This document shows, one piece after another, positions 63,725 to 64,000 of a stretch of 64,000 nt of DNA. This stretch comes from a virus (taxonomy: Duplodnaviria > Caudoviricetes). The translations under genes and the position numbers were made by a program. Within the stretch, counting starts at the first letter, position 1, and each line of letters begins with the position of its first letter. The stretch spans positions 697 through 64,696 of IMG/VR virus record IMGVR_UViG_3300037195_001552. One strand, 5' to 3'. The notes below the pieces were generated by a model. That model was not told the origin of the DNA. It saw nothing but the letters and a program-made list of their open reading frames with translations, and ran no database searches.

Positions 63725-63874
63725 CGCCCACCAACTCTTCTGTCCTGCCCGTGTCCTGTCCGTTGCGACGACCGAACTGGATACAGTATGTCCTGACAAT
63801 CGTCATCGTCATAGTCGGTGGTGTCTTCGTATACGGGCAGTTGACCCAAAGGGTTGTCTCATTGTCTGAAGCCC
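63718..63874 (+). repeat. copy 2 of the ~160-bp direct repeat
   Basis: See 410-569. Confidence 0.95.
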
Positions 63875-63921
63875 CCGTACAATCCTCCGAACACAACACC
63901 TGGAAATGTAAATATGCCTAA
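63721..63921 (+). pseudogene. truncated duplicate of the 413-754 membrane gene
   Basis: The first ~51 aa are near-identical to 413-754, then the sequence diverges abruptly and stops early. Confidence 0.55.
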
Positions 63922-64000
63922 CAAGAAACCTCAACAGTCTACAGGTTTTGCCCCCATCTACCATGATATAGGTGGGGGTCAATATTGGGAACAATCATCC

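Noticed and set aside
63718-63874. Simple circular-assembly terminal overlap
   Set aside because: The copies are not identical, neither lies at a sequence end, and the flanks differ on both sides.
1-64000. tRNA, rRNA, integrase, RNA polymerase or alternative genetic code
   Set aside because: No cloverleaf or rRNA-like segment in the intergenic gaps I read; no recombinase or RNAP motifs; long genes read through without in-frame stops under the standard code.

Overview
The window is most or all of a tailed dsDNA phage genome, apparently circularly permuted. It looks podovirus-like (tail tube, adaptor and internal virion proteins, no tape measure), and the AGAAAGG(AG) ribosome-binding sites suggest an alphaproteobacterial-type host. 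Order of modules: end of tail and lysis genes (1-2.4 kb); tail stabilisation and ejection proteins (2.4-10.9 kb); replication operon with SNF2 helicase, SSB-like protein, primase and UvrD (11.3-17.9 kb); thymidine-hypermodification-type cluster (18.5-23.1 kb); family A polymerase, exonuclease, VRR-NUC and vWA (23.2-28 kb); a leftward block of small accessory/early genes (28-38 kb); terS; two paralogous immediate-early genes; a tandem array of ParB-like and JAB/MPN paralogs (40.9-45.7 kb); then terL, portal, GroES, a Tad2-like gene, scaffold, capsid and tail genes to the end. The most striking signal is a 475-bp island (40300-40774) with no GA or TC dinucleotide on either strand. It holds a complete promoter, RBS, gene and hairpin, and the gene is a recoded, Asp/Glu-free copy of its neighbour at 39413-39790. 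My inference is that this is a modification-free bootstrap gene or genome end, linked to the phage's own DNA modification. Other notable signals are five JAB-domain paralogs, two matching non-coding AATAC repeat loci 27 kb apart, a promoter class with AATACC exactly 19 nt upstream of the -10, and a probable non-AUG start for the polymerase. All family assignments come from motif recognition by eye; no database searches were run.
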